From sequence record OL964735.1: DNA of 64,000 nt. One strand, given 5' to 3'. Below the pieces are notes generated by a model. That model did no database searches. It worked only from the letters and a program-made list of their open reading frames with translations, and had not been told where the DNA came from. Of this stretch, positions 39,304 to 49,589 are shown one piece after another (position 1 is the stretch's first letter; each line of letters begins with the position of its first letter). The translations under genes were made by a program, and so were the position numbers. This stretch comes from Escherichia phage T4.

Positions 39304-39433
39304 AAATCATACGTTTATGTAACTTGAGTATAAGATAGTAAACATCAAAACCATTTACATAAGTAACACGAACAACATTACCATTCACGAGATAATACTG
39401 TCCCTTTTTAATCTCTTTATCAACCACAACCAT
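39251..39433 (-). CDS. hypothetical small protein (60 aa)
   Basis: ORF in track; ATG at 39431-39433. Confidence 0.5.
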   Translation of the reverse strand: MVVVDKEIKKGQYYLVNGNVVRVTYVNGFDVYYLILKLHKRMICDRAVFSSVAKEIKLHG

Positions 39434-39463
39434 ATCAATTCCTCAAAGGTAATTCATATGTTA

Positions 39464-39493
39464 ATAATACCACGGTTTGAACTTGTTGTAAAC
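39464..39493 (-). promoter_or_regulatory. T4-type early promoter (-35 GTTTAC 39488-39493, -10 TATTAT 39464-39469)
   Basis: Anchored between the 39433 start and the nrdH stop. Confidence 0.65.
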
Positions 39494-39574
39494 AACTTTG
39501 TGAAAAATATTTTAGGGAATGATAAGAAAGGAACGATAGCTTAGAATGGTAATATACAGAATGTGAGAAAGAAA

Positions 39575-39587
39575 GGCCCAGAGGGCC
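39575..39587 (-). terminator. short GC hairpin (GGCCC-AGA-GGGCC) after the nrdH stop
   Basis: Plus-strand GGCCCagaGGGCC 5 nt below the nrdH stop. Confidence 0.45.
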
Positions 39588-39591
39588 CGTC

Positions 39592-39900
39592 TTAATCTTC
39601 TATGATATCTCTATCATATCCAAGTGAAATGAGAGTTTCTTTGAAGTGTTTAATGTTCTTTTGTCTAGAATCATTAATGAAAATGACTGGATAACGAATG
39701 TTAAGAGATGTGAATCCAGCGCGTTTAGCAAGAGATACAATCAGCGGACGATCATACTCAATCTTACCATTATTTGTAAGAACTTTATAGAAAGTAAAAG
39801 GAGCATTGAGCTCCTTTAGAAGTTTTGTAACTGATTGACATCCAGGACAACGACCTACTTCATCTGGAATTCCATAGACTTCAATCTTATTTTGTTTCAC
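39592..39900 (-). CDS. nrdH: glutaredoxin-like protein NrdH, 102 aa
   Basis: CPGC redox motif near the N-terminus; upstream of nrdG. Confidence 0.75.
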   Translation of the reverse strand: MKQNKIEVYGIPDEVGRCPGCQSVTKLLKELNAPFTFYKVLTNNGKIEYDRPLIVSLAKRAGFTSLNIRYPVIFINDSRQKNIKHFKETLISLGYDRDIIED

Positions 39901-39902
39901 AA

Positions 39903-40115
39903 CTATTCCTTACTAAGAGCAGCATTCAGCTTGTTAGTAATTTTATCCAGACGCTCATTGAATTCACTAGAAGATAAGCCCTTTTCTGGAGAAATCAAAC
40001 TAATCACGAAAAATATAGCAATAAAAGGAATAAGGAAAATAGCTCCAACTGCCATAAACAGAAAGAATGTTACAGTTGTAAGAAAATCAGCTAAACCTTT
40101 ACGAAATTTATACAT
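39903..40115 (-). CDS. hypothetical small membrane protein (70 aa)
   Basis: ORF in track; one long hydrophobic segment. Confidence 0.5.
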   Translation of the reverse strand: MYKFRKGLADFLTTVTFFLFMAVGAIFLIPFIAIFFVISLISPEKGLSSSEFNERLDKITNKLNAALSKE

Positions 40116-40233
40116 TTACATTTACCTTTAATTGATTAACCAAGCATTGATAAGCACTAAACTATACTGCGAATAAAATTCTGGACCAAAATGAAAAATC
40201 ATATCATTTATAGTATCCATAATGTAATTCAAT

Positions 40234-40704
40234 TTAATCATGTTTCCACACCCCATCGGTATTTGACCAAAGTCGCTGATTATCTGATCCTCGCCACAGC
40301 TTTTTGGTCGGAAGATTTTTCTCATACTTCCCATCAATAATAACATCAACATATTTAAGCATTTCTAGTTGTTTAATATCTTCAAACTTATATCCTGTCC
40401 ACAACCAGATATCTTTCTCCGGAAATCTTGCTTTAACCCAAGAAACTAAATTTGAAATCTCTTCTCGGTTCTGTGGATAAAGTGGGTCACCGCCGGTTAA
40501 GGTAAGGCCTTGGATATACGATTTGCTTAAATGGGACGCAAGTTCTTTAACGGTATTCATAGTGAATAACTGTCCGTTACGAGCATTCCAAGTACTACGA
40601 TTATAACAACCTTCGCATTTATGCAAACATCCAGTGACGAAGAGAACGACCCTACATCCAGGGCCGTTAACGAAATCGCATGGATAAATTCTATCATAAT
40701 TCAT
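40234..40704 (-). CDS. nrdG: anaerobic ribonucleotide reductase activating protein NrdG (radical SAM), 156 aa
   Basis: ATG at 40702-40704 gives MNYDRIYPCDFVNGPGCRVVLFVTGCLHKCEGC...; track ORF extends upstream from TTG into mobC. Confidence 0.88.
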   Translation of the reverse strand: MNYDRIYPCDFVNGPGCRVVLFVTGCLHKCEGCYNRSTWNARNGQLFTMNTVKELASHLSKSYIQGLTLTGGDPLYPQNREEISNLVSWVKARFPEKDIWLWTGYKFEDIKQLEMLKYVDVIIDGKYEKNLPTKKLWRGSDNQRLWSNTDGVWKHD

Positions 40705-41326
40705 CTTTATATTTCCAAGTATATCCCTTATGAATAGATTGAATTCCTTTGCAACATTTATAAACAGCAGAATGAAAAAATCCTGCATTTCTTATTTCAG
40801 TTGCTCCAGTTAGTTCTATTGTATTTCCGTCTGGTGAATAGCCAATAACCGTTTTGGTGTTAAAGCGATTTCTAGAACTATTTTTGATATGCTCTTTATG
40901 ATTAGTAGACAAAGTTCTTCCTGTTAGCCCATCAGATATCCTTTTTCCAAAATCATCAGGAAGAGTTACTTTAGACCTAGCTATGCTCATTAGCTTCTTA
41001 GTTTTATCGCTTCTTTTTGCGCCACGCTGATTTTCAAATTTCTTAGCTTTTGCATACGCGTATTGTGAAGAAGTAACTTTTCTATGCTTACTATTACTCA
41101 TTATCCAATATGCATCATACATCTTTCCACCATATATTTTAGCCAATAAATGGTGAGCAGTATAGTGGGCCTTATAAGTTAAAAATACTAAGTTGTCTAA
41201 ATCATCTGAACCACCCATACTTCTTGGAATTATATGATGAAGTTCATACCCGGCTTTAGTTTGACGGGGCTTAGATGGGTGTTCAGCAGAATTAACTAGA
41301 TTTGAATAGATTCTGTCATAATTCAT
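40694..41326 (-). CDS. mobC: HNH homing endonuclease MobC, 210 aa
   Basis: N-terminus MNYDRIYSNLVNS and HNH motif HHIIPRSMGGSDDLDNLV; between nrdD and nrdG. Confidence 0.8.
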   Translation of the reverse strand: MNYDRIYSNLVNSAEHPSKPRQTKAGYELHHIIPRSMGGSDDLDNLVFLTYKAHYTAHHLLAKIYGGKMYDAYWIMSNSKHRKVTSSQYAYAKAKKFENQRGAKRSDKTKKLMSIARSKVTLPDDFGKRISDGLTGRTLSTNHKEHIKNSSRNRFNTKTVIGYSPDGNTIELTGATEIRNAGFFHSAVYKCCKGIQSIHKGYTWKYKDEL

Positions 41327-42602
41327 TGGTGCTTAACCCTATGCATGATTTCTTTATTTTTACCGAGATTAAATCCGCGTTCGTTCGGATTTCCCAAATA
41401 ACCACATGTTCTTCTTATGGTATTCATCTTTTTAGGATCAGTTTCTCCACAAATAGAACAAACAAATCCGTTTTCAGTAGGAGTCATTTCATGGGTACTT
41501 CCACATGTAAAACATTTATCTACTGGCATATTAACACCAAAATAATCTAAATGCTGTGCAGCATAATCCCACACGGCCTCAAGACCTTTTAAGTTATTTT
41601 TCATATCAGGAAGTTCAACATAAGAAATGTGACCACCTGTCGCAATGAAATGATATGGCGCTTCACGAGAAATCTTTTCAAACGGAGTAATATTTTCTTC
41701 TACTGAAACATGGAAACTGTTAGTGTACCAGCCTTTATCGGTAACATCTTTTACGCTTCCATATTTTTCTGTATCGAGTTTACAGAAGCGATAACACAGG
41801 TTTTCAGCAGGAGTCGAATATAAACTAAAAGCAAATCCGGTTCTTTCAGTCCACTGTTTAAGATGAGCATTCATTTTAGTTAAAATTTCTCGTCCAATAT
41901 CACGACCGACAAGAATATTCAATTCGTGAATACCAATGTATCCTAAAGACACTGAACTTCTACCGTTTTTAAATAACTCAATTATGTCGTCATCAGGTTT
42001 AAGACGAACCCCGAATGCACCTTCTTGGTAAAGAATAGGAGCAACAGTAGCTTTAACTCCTTTTAAGGAACTAATTCTACACATCAAAGCTTCAAAACAT
42101 AAATCCATTCGTTCATTAAATAGCTCAACAAATTTCTGTTCATTGAACTGTGTTCCAATATAAGAATCTAACGCGATGCGAGGAAGATTCAGTGTTACAA
42201 CACCAAGATTATTGCGTCCATCAAGAATTTCATTGCCAGTCGAATCTTTCCATACGCTCAAGAAACTACGGCAACCCATCGGAGAAACAGGAACAGATGA
42301 ACCAGTGATAGCTTTATTGTTCTTAGCTGAAATAATATCAGGATACATCCTTTTGCTTGCGCACTCTAGAGCAAGCTGTTTAATATCATAGTTCGGATCG
42401 TCTTTATAAAGATTAACACCTTCTTCAACGAACATAACAAGCTTAGGGAAAATAGGAGTTATCCCATCACGACCAAGACCTTTAATACGATTTTTCAGAA
42501 TTGCTTTCTGAATCATTCGTTCAGTCCAGTCAGTTCCCGTACCAAATGTAATTGTTACAAAAGGAGTCTGTCCGTTTGAACTGAATAACGTGTTCACTTC
42601 AT
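41323..42602 (-). CDS. nrdD: anaerobic ribonucleotide reductase NrdD, exon 2 (codons 181-605)
   Basis: Joining 43636 to 42602 gives ...AYE-Y-EVNTLFSSNGQ... and a 605-aa product; C-terminal glycyl-radical region. Confidence 0.85.
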
Positions 42603-43635
42603 CAATGTGTTCAGTAGAGTTCGCTACTTCTCTACCCGTTTATATGAAACAATGTAATTTGGATAATTGTCATCTAAACACAAATCTTTAATACGACTTG
42701 GGTGGAGTTTTAAATCTTTAGCAGCATCCACAAATGATTTATAGATATTGTCATTTATTTTAACATATTCTGGGACGGGATGAATTGTTATTTTTATATC
42801 TATAACATTTGGATGATTACTAACCTGTTCTTCAGAGCATTTAAGAAATTTTGCAGCTGATTTAAAACTTCTAAATTTATTTCCGGATTTTAAAGCTATA
42901 GAAACAGTCTTTTTAGCCGTTCTACTACCAATATTATTTTTAACATGAGCTTCACTTCTACTATTATTTTTATAATGCTCAATCAATTTCTCTCGTATCT
43001 TATCTTTATGTTTTAAAGATAAGATTTTACCTTTATGGGCATTACTAAGTTTTTGCTTATGTTCTTCTGAATCCGGATATTTGTTAAATTTATATCCACC
43101 TATAGATTTATTAAGAATAAATTCGTTATTAAAATATTTCCTAATAAGCATTTCTTCATGTTTAAGGGCCGATTCATAAGAATCAAAAACTTGAAGAATT
43201 ATCCACTTAGCTTTATAATCTTTAAGCTTTTCTTTAACAAGCTTAGATGACGAATTGTATTCTTTCCAATTTGTATCTTTACCATATATAGTTTTGAATT
43301 TTTTAAAACCTATATAAAAAGACTTATCAGGAAATCTTACCATATAGGTAAATGCTACAGAATTGGCAATTTTTAAGCTTTTTCTTAATTTCCATTTCAT
43401 CGTTTCACCTCGTATTCATATTTATACGAGGATAAACAGCTGCATGTCACCATGCAGTTCAGACTATATCTTCAACTCTTAGAGTTGTCTGCCGTTTCGG
43501 GTCGCTTGACCCTACTCCCTTACATTCATCAGGGATAGTCGTTGGGCATTTACAGCTACTGCTGATTTAGCAACGGATTGTCTCAGTGAGAGTTTCCCGT
43601 TTTAGGCAGATTTTACATGAGCTTGACTTACGTTA
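42603..43635 (-). mobile_element. group I self-splicing intron in nrdD (1033 nt) carrying the I-TevII ORF
   Basis: 5' exon ends in U (43636), intron ends in G (42603); the 1033-nt length and restored frame match the known T4 nrdD (sunY) intron. Confidence 0.85.
42624..43400 (-). CDS. I-TevII: intron-encoded GIY-YIG homing endonuclease I-TevII, 258 aa
   Basis: Entirely inside the nrdD intron; GIY-YIG-like motifs (FTYMVRF ... SFYIGF). Confidence 0.85.
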   Translation of the reverse strand: MKWKLRKSLKIANSVAFTYMVRFPDKSFYIGFKKFKTIYGKDTNWKEYNSSSKLVKEKLKDYKAKWIILQVFDSYESALKHEEMLIRKYFNNEFILNKSIGGYKFNKYPDSEEHKQKLSNAHKGKILSLKHKDKIREKLIEHYKNNSRSEAHVKNNIGSRTAKKTVSIALKSGNKFRSFKSAAKFLKCSEEQVSNHPNVIDIKITIHPVPEYVKINDNIYKSFVDAAKDLKLHPSRIKDLCLDDNYPNYIVSYKRVEK

Positions 43636-44173
43636 ACTCATAAGCTTGGAATGCATCGTATACGTCTTTTTCTGTTTTAGATTGAGCATAATTCAACGCA
43701 TCAGCGATTTGCCATTTTTCTGCATCCTCAATATGTTTTGCATAGGTGCGTTTAACATAAGGAGAAAGTACTTTATCTACATTCGCAAAAGTCGTTCCGC
43801 CGTATTGGTGAGAAGCAACTTGCGCAGTAATTTGTGCCATAATTGCAGTAGCAACTCCAATTGATTTAGGAGTTTCAATCTGCGCATTACCAAGCTTAAA
43901 TCCGTTTTCAAGCATTCCTTTTAAATATACTAAACAGCAATTAGTAAATGGAAGAGCAGGGGAATAATCAATATCATGCACGTGAATAATTCCGCTTTCA
44001 TGCGCTTTCATAATAAAAGACGGGACCATATTTTTGGCAATGTGTTTAGACACAATACCAGCCATAAGGTCCCGTTGAGTTGGAAAAACACGAGAATCTT
44101 TATTAGCATTCTCGTTTAAAAGGTCTTTATTAGTTTTATGAATTAATCCTTCAATTTCTTTTTCAATTGTCAT
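43636..44173 (-). CDS. nrdD: anaerobic ribonucleotide reductase NrdD, exon 1 (codons 1-179 plus first base of codon 180)
   Basis: N-terminus MTIEKEIEGLIHKTNKDLLNENANKD...; the ORF would hit a stop 2 codons into the intron. Confidence 0.85.
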
Positions 44174-44643
44174 TTTAAACTCTTTCTAAGCTGCTTCTTG
44201 AATGAAGCTATTAATTGTGTTTTGGTGTCAGATTCATTATATTCAAATCCTCTTTGAAGCATCTCGGCCATCATTTCCTCTTTTCCTAAACGAGAAAATT
44301 CCTTTGATTTATCTCCAACAAAGTTAGGGTGAATATTATTTTGGGTGTAATCGGATTTTAAATAAGTAAGTAAATTTTCTAACCATTCAAGATAATCAAC
44401 ACCTTGTCCCTTTAAGCCAGAACGATTAAATTTATGCTTCATTTGACCTTCTGCAGCATTGCATAGATTACAAAGCAATCCACGCACCTTTCCTGCTTTT
44501 GGTCCATTTAATTCATGGTCATGGTCGAGGTGATTAGCTTGAACATCAGGATTTAGTTCTCGTTGGCAAATTAAGCATTTACCGTTTTGTGCATCATAAA
44601 ATTTCTGTTTTTCTTCTTTGTATAATTTGCCAGTCAATAACAT
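44170..44643 (-). CDS. 49: endonuclease VII (Holliday junction resolvase) gp49, 157 aa
   Basis: Length and Zn-binding Cys cluster (CLICQ...C..C) match T4 gp49. Confidence 0.88.
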   Translation of the reverse strand: MLLTGKLYKEEKQKFYDAQNGKCLICQRELNPDVQANHLDHDHELNGPKAGKVRGLLCNLCNAAEGQMKHKFNRSGLKGQGVDYLEWLENLLTYLKSDYTQNNIHPNFVGDKSKEFSRLGKEEMMAEMLQRGFEYNESDTKTQLIASFKKQLRKSLK

Positions 44644-44684
44644 AATAAACCCTTACCTTAAATAGATAAGGGTATTTATTATTT

Positions 44685-45170
44685 TCAAGTATTGTAAAAC
44701 ATTTGATGCAATCGCTTATATTGCTGAATCATTCGGTCAGAAAAAGAAATTTGAGTTTCAAGCCATTCAATGTACTCTGCGGCAGCTTGCATTAAATTTC
44801 CTTCATAGCCATCGTTATTTTCTTGTGCAGCTAATTTAGCTAATGCGTATGAAATACGTTCACCTTGAAAATCGGCTTTAGGCTTCTGAACAACTTGATT
44901 AGTTCGCTCTACAACTTCTTCAATTTCGCCATTTTCTACTGATTCAGTATTCCACAAACACCAATACGTAATTGGCTTATCGTAGATGTTAATAATCTTT
45001 CCATCAGAAAGTTCAATTTCAATAATTCCAGTGTCAGGCTCTATATCATCTTCACATTCTTTTACAAGTTCACGAACTTTAAAGACAGTACCTGCACTAA
45101 GTTCCGGCCAGTAATTACACAGCCCTGTATCAGCACGATTAATTCTAAACCATTTATCTACTGTAATCAT
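44685..45170 (-). CDS. pin: Pin (Lon protease inhibitor), 161 aa from ATG at 45170
   Basis: Position next to gene 49 and size match T4 pin; track ORF extends 6 codons upstream from TTG. Confidence 0.65.
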   Translation of the reverse strand: MITVDKWFRINRADTGLCNYWPELSAGTVFKVRELVKECEDDIEPDTGIIEIELSDGKIINIYDKPITYWCLWNTESVENGEIEEVVERTNQVVQKPKADFQGERISYALAKLAAQENNDGYEGNLMQAAAEYIEWLETQISFSDRMIQQYKRLHQMFYNT

Positions 45171-45328
45171 GTCCCATCTCCATATCAATTAAGTCATTTA
45201 TCGTTGGTTCATTATACACCGTTTCTTCATCAGTGTAAACCGGTTCTTCCGGCTCTGGCTCTACAGTTTCCCATCTAGCCGCCCACCAAGGTTTTATAGC
45301 GTAATCCATTCTCGTACTGTCTGAGTTA

Positions 45329-45514
45329 CTACACGTTCTCGAAGCTCAACCAGTTCAACCGATATTGGCATTTACCATCTTGCACCCAGTCTTCTATTTC
45401 GATAGGTTTAAGATAGTCGGAAAAATCGAAATCATAGTTTTCCGAAAATGCATCATGGTCTTCAATGATTTCGCTCAGAACTGCATCAACATCTAATTTA
45501 TTTTCAATATTCAT
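45329..45514 (-). CDS. hypothetical small acidic protein (61 aa)
   Basis: ORF in track. Confidence 0.5.
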   Translation of the reverse strand: MNIENKLDVDAVLSEIIEDHDAFSENYDFDFSDYLKPIEIEDWVQDGKCQYRLNWLSFENV

Positions 45515-45717
45515 TTTTCACACCACCAACTGCTTACTTCAAAATCGGGTTCGCCATGTTCCCAGAACCAGGGGCCGATAGGAATCCACTTACCTTCATC
45601 GGTGACGTCATATTCTTCGGATTTAGCTAACCAAATCATGTATTCATAGAGTTTATATTCCAGGTCGCCTTCTGTTCCATCGCCTAGAAAAATAATTTGT
45701 TCATTTAATTCTATCAT
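45511..45717 (-). CDS. hypothetical small protein (68 aa)
   Basis: ORF in track; ATGA overlaps on both sides. Confidence 0.5.
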   Translation of the reverse strand: MIELNEQIIFLGDGTEGDLEYKLYEYMIWLAKSEEYDVTDEGKWIPIGPWFWEHGEPDFEVSSWWCEK

Positions 45718-45977
45718 TTAAAGTATTCCCGCAATTGGTCAAATCCACCAATATGACTTCCATCAGGAGCAAATACCTGAGGCATTGTTAAGCCGATTTG
45801 AGTATCACGACCTAGTTTAGTCAGAAGCTCAGCAATTTTCTCATCATCAAAAACACCTTTTTCCGGCATAATGTTGATAAATTCAAACGGCTGTTTCTTC
45901 ACAGTCAAAAGACGTTTTGCATTATCGCAATACACACATTTATGAATGTTGCTATCATAACCATATACTTTAAACAT
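45714..45977 (-). CDS. nrdC: glutaredoxin NrdC, 87 aa
   Basis: Sequence MFKVYGYDSNIHKCVYCDNAKRLL... with CVYC active site matches recalled T4 NrdC. Confidence 0.9.
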   Translation of the reverse strand: MFKVYGYDSNIHKCVYCDNAKRLLTVKKQPFEFINIMPEKGVFDDEKIAELLTKLGRDTQIGLTMPQVFAPDGSHIGGFDQLREYFK

Positions 45978-45978
45978 A

Positions 45979-46221
45979 TTATTCCTTAATTCCTAGTACT
46001 TGTTTAAAAGTCTCGTCGTAATCAAGACTTTGGCCCGTTTGTTCTTTATGCTTGTATATAATATCACTTACTTCTGATAGCATATTTTTATATGAACGAG
46101 TTAAAGCAGATTTAAGCACGCTGTATCTATCAGGAAATTTACCGTGTTCATTATAATAAGCTATTGCTAATTCACGGACTGCCTTTTCAGCAGTCTCCAT
46201 ATATTCTTTACGCTTTGTCAT
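45979..46221 (-). CDS. hypothetical protein (80 aa from ATG at 46221; nrdC-proximal cluster)
   Basis: Track ORF (127 aa) overlaps the next ORF; internal [18 protein letters not shown]... removes most of the overlap. Confidence 0.5.
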
Positions 46222-46522
46222 TTTCTTCTCGGTCAAATCGGTGTTTACAATGGCGACATTTATAACGAAGATTATTAGTCTGCCAATGGACCAATTGCAC
46301 CTGTTCAGTTCCACATTCAGGGCAATTAGGAACGTTTTTAGAAGCCCTTTCGCGACGTTCAACCATGACCATTACAGAATCCCAATTAACAGGAGGGCTA
46401 TAATCATCACAACCATAAATCTTTCCACGCATTTCCAGATCGTCTTCTTCACCAGCCATAATAATTTTAATTAGACTAGAATTACTTGAAGCTGCAATGT
46501 CTTCTAATAGACGCTTTTTCAT
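46208..46522 (-). CDS. hypothetical zinc-ribbon protein (104 aa)
   Basis: CPECGTEQ ... CRHCKHRF double CxxC pair. Confidence 0.55.
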
Positions 46523-47445
46523 TTCAATACCTCAATAGCATTACGTAAACCATTTGCTTTGGCGGTTAAATCCTTAAGAACTTTAGTATGCTCTTCAATC
46601 TGTTTTTCAACTTCAATCAAACGGGTACTGAGATATTCGCGTTCTTCTTTCATAGTATCATTCCCATGATTGGGCTTTGGCGTAGGTTTAAATTTATTAG
46701 GGTCCTTTAACTTAATAACAACTTTAGTTTCAAACAGTGAAAGACCATAATTCGTATTATCATCAAAGGATTCAACTACGTCCATTTTAGACAATAACGT
46801 ACGAAGATTATAAGTCAAAGAACGAATCGTTTTATTATGTTTATTAGCTTCACATGGTTTCATATATGGAAGATTTTTATATATTTCATGCGGAGCACAA
46901 ACAATAATTAACAATTCAAATGGTCCATTCTGTGATGATGGAATGAATTTAGCCGTAACCCAATCTTTTACATTTACATTAATAGTACGATCATCGCCAT
47001 GACAAAACAGTCTACGAGAATGCTTAAAAAGCATATTCACATTATTATTAAATTCGTGTGAAAACTCACTGGCAAATTTTTCTTTACTATCTTTAGAAAA
47101 CCATTCTTCTAAATAAGTTCTTTTCACGTCGTTAATAATATTAAATGTAACAACATTATCATTTGATACATTAGTCTCAATGTAGCTTGGATACATAAAT
47201 TTTTTAACATTATTAACAGCTATCACAGAAGATAGTAATCGGGAACGTTTGAACCACTCGAGCAAAGAACCAAGAGAATGTGAATACGCATTTTGTGTAT
47301 CTTTACAAATATGGTTTTCCCATCCAATATAGTCTAAAAAATCACGAAGAATATTATTGATTACTTCTCTATGTCCTTTCTGATAATCACGATGTTTAGT
47401 AATAAGACTGTCAAAATAATCAATATAATGTTTACGAGTTTTCAT
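46519..47445 (-). CDS. hypothetical protein (308 aa), member of a 4-gene tandem paralog family with C-terminal coiled coil
   Basis: ORF in track; C-terminal heptad-like region ...[31 protein letters not shown]. Confidence 0.6.
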   Translation of the reverse strand: MKTRKHYIDYFDSLITKHRDYQKGHREVINNILRDFLDYIGWENHICKDTQNAYSHSLGSLLEWFKRSRLLSSVIAVNNVKKFMYPSYIETNVSNDNVVTFNIINDVKRTYLEEWFSKDSKEKFASEFSHEFNNNVNMLFKHSRRLFCHGDDRTINVNVKDWVTAKFIPSSQNGPFELLIIVCAPHEIYKNLPYMKPCEANKHNKTIRSLTYNLRTLLSKMDVVESFDDNTNYGLSLFETKVVIKLKDPNKFKPTPKPNHGNDTMKEEREYLSTRLIEVEKQIEEHTKVLKDLTAKANGLRNAIEVLK

Positions 47446-47499
47446 GTTCTTCTCACTTGGTTAATGATTTATACTCCGAGCCATCCTTGGCTTTAAATT

Positions 47500-48501
47500 T
47501 TACTTAATTAACTGCAAAGCTTGTTCTAGACGATCAAGACGATTAACGGATTCTTCCCAAATCTTTTTAGCCTGCTCATATTCTTTCTGCGCTTTATTAG
47601 AAATTTCTAGAACTTCTTTATAAGCTTTTTCTAGTGCAATAACTTCTGGACGAATTTCTATCGGTTCAGGTGAATCATCAAGACATTCCATTAGTTCCTC
47701 AAGGGTAGTTTCTTCTTTAGGAGTATTCACAATTTCATCACATTTTTGTTGGTAAATTTCTTTACTAGTAGGTGAATAAGCACATTTCACTTCACGAAGG
47801 CTAATTACGAGTTTATATCCTTCCCAACCGCATATATTCTTAAAAGGATATGTATGAATATTTTCTACTGTTTCCATACAAAGTAATGCGGTCTCTAATT
47901 GACGAGTTATAGTGCTAGCAATTGAGAAAAATTTATTAATATTCTTTTGGTTAGTTTCTGGTGTAAAAAATCCATAATTCACAAAAATAGATACTTTATT
48001 TTTATCAAGTTCATATTCTTTTATGATAATCATATCAGAAGCCAAAGGATGAATTTGACGATAATCGCCATAACATAATTTAGAAGCTGATTTTAGAATT
48101 TGCTTCTTGAAAAGTCTGAAATTACTAATCCAACGACGAGTAAAAATATTCTCAGGGTCTTCTTTATTATTGAGATGATAAGAATTAACATCACCGAACC
48201 AATTATATCCTACTACATCTTTAGTTCGTTTAATTTCTTTCCCAAAATTACCAAGAATATCCCGATTAACCAAATATGAAAGAAGACGAGACTCTTTAAA
48301 GGTTTTCTTGATAACATCTTTATCTACACGGCTAGAAATTTTACGAATTTCATGAATAAATTTAGTAGAAGAAACAATACTTGCATCAACACTATTGAGC
48401 CACTGATTGATAATAGAAAGAACGCTATTTTGGCCAAACATCGGTATAGCTTTATCATCAATAACGCTATTGAATGATTTGATATATTCGTTACGAGTCA
48501 T
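47500..48501 (-). CDS. hypothetical protein (333 aa), paralog family member
   Basis: ATG at 48499-48501 (MTRNEYIKSF...) with SD GAGGAG; shared motif RRWISNFRLFKKQILKSASKL; track start TTG lies inside promoter 48530-48559. Confidence 0.6.
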   Translation of the reverse strand: MTRNEYIKSFNSVIDDKAIPMFGQNSVLSIINQWLNSVDASIVSSTKFIHEIRKISSRVDKDVIKKTFKESRLLSYLVNRDILGNFGKEIKRTKDVVGYNWFGDVNSYHLNNKEDPENIFTRRWISNFRLFKKQILKSASKLCYGDYRQIHPLASDMIIIKEYELDKNKVSIFVNYGFFTPETNQKNINKFFSIASTITRQLETALLCMETVENIHTYPFKNICGWEGYKLVISLREVKCAYSPTSKEIYQQKCDEIVNTPKEETTLEELMECLDDSPEPIEIRPEVIALEKAYKEVLEISNKAQKEYEQAKKIWEESVNRLDRLEQALQLIK

Positions 48502-48529
48502 ATTAATCTCCTCAGTAGAAAGTAAGAAC

Positions 48530-48559
48530 ATTATACCACATCCTTGTGGCAAAGTAAAC
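48530..48559 (-). promoter_or_regulatory. T4-type early promoter (-35 GTTTAC 48554-48559, -10 TATAAT 48530-48535)
   Basis: Anchored between the ATG at 48501 and the stop at 48559; near-identical to the promoter at 230-259. Confidence 0.7.
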
Positions 48560-49581
48560 TAGTTCAGTGCATTTAGTGCATTGTTCAGTTTAGAACGTTG
48601 CTTTGTCAGATTTTGAACCCTTGACTGAGCTTGTTCTAACGCCTTTTCAGCTTCTAGCACTTCATTGGTCGCTTTAACTAATTCAGCATCTACTGCCTTA
48701 AGAGACTTCTCAATCGCATCCGCGTGCCATTTTTCAACAGGTTTAAGACTTGGATTTTCAACAGGAAGAAAATTCACTTTATTGAATTTCCATGCATCTT
48801 TATTACCTGAGCTATACATCCAAAATTTAGGATCGTTTGATAAGTAATTAGATAAATTTAAGTTATCTTGCACTTCTTGCTTTTTCTCTTGTGTGACTTC
48901 GTCCTTTCTCAAAAATTCATATTTAAATGAAACGATCATATCAAGTTCATATGATGTTGTATCTAACTTAAATCGTTCAAAACGAGGTAAAATCTTAGAT
49001 TGAACAGCAGCAACAACATCCATATACTTAAATGCTTCTGTCAACTGCGATTTAAGGCATTCGCAAATTGAAAGAGAATTTTTTGTATTAGGTTTAAAGC
49101 TAATTCGTGCAGTTCTATTATTTTCTTTTAACGGTCTTACTTCCATCTGAAGAGTATAACCATCAAATTTCAGATTCTTTAAGTTAATGTCAGAGCCTTT
49201 TAATCGACTAGCAGTAGACAAAATTTGCTTTAATTGTCTACGGAACAGAGCAATAAATCTCCATTCAATACGATAATGATTTGGATTGAAAAATCCAGAT
49301 GATAAATCGACCTTACTTTGACCAACGCCTTGAACAAATAGAGGATTTTTATAATCAATAGTTTTACAGAAATCGGTGAGCTGTTCACGAGCAGTCATTT
49401 GAGTAATATACCCTGCTTTACTAAAATTACGCACCCATTCACTGCTATTCGTATACTTAAAGTGATGAATAACACGATTAACTTTATCAGGGTCTAAATT
49501 ATTTTCACACAAAAATGTCATAACATCACGAGTATAGCTGGCATTACGAACCATATCTTCAATTTGAGAACGAGTTTTCAT
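48559..49581 (-). CDS. hypothetical protein (340 aa), paralog family member
   Basis: Shared motif EWRFIALFRRQLKQILSTASRLKG; C-terminal coiled coil. Confidence 0.6.
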   Translation of the reverse strand: MKTRSQIEDMVRNASYTRDVMTFLCENNLDPDKVNRVIHHFKYTNSSEWVRNFSKAGYITQMTAREQLTDFCKTIDYKNPLFVQGVGQSKVDLSSGFFNPNHYRIEWRFIALFRRQLKQILSTASRLKGSDINLKNLKFDGYTLQMEVRPLKENNRTARISFKPNTKNSLSICECLKSQLTEAFKYMDVVAAVQSKILPRFERFKLDTTSYELDMIVSFKYEFLRKDEVTQEKKQEVQDNLNLSNYLSNDPKFWMYSSGNKDAWKFNKVNFLPVENPSLKPVEKWHADAIEKSLKAVDAELVKATNEVLEAEKALEQAQSRVQNLTKQRSKLNNALNALN

Positions 49582-49589
49582 GGTGTTCC

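Noticed and set aside
47461-47500. Possible late promoter (minus-strand TATAAATC) upstream of the 46519-47445 ORF
   Set aside because: One mismatch from TATAAATA at the last position and no supporting evidence; a weak promoter cannot be excluded.
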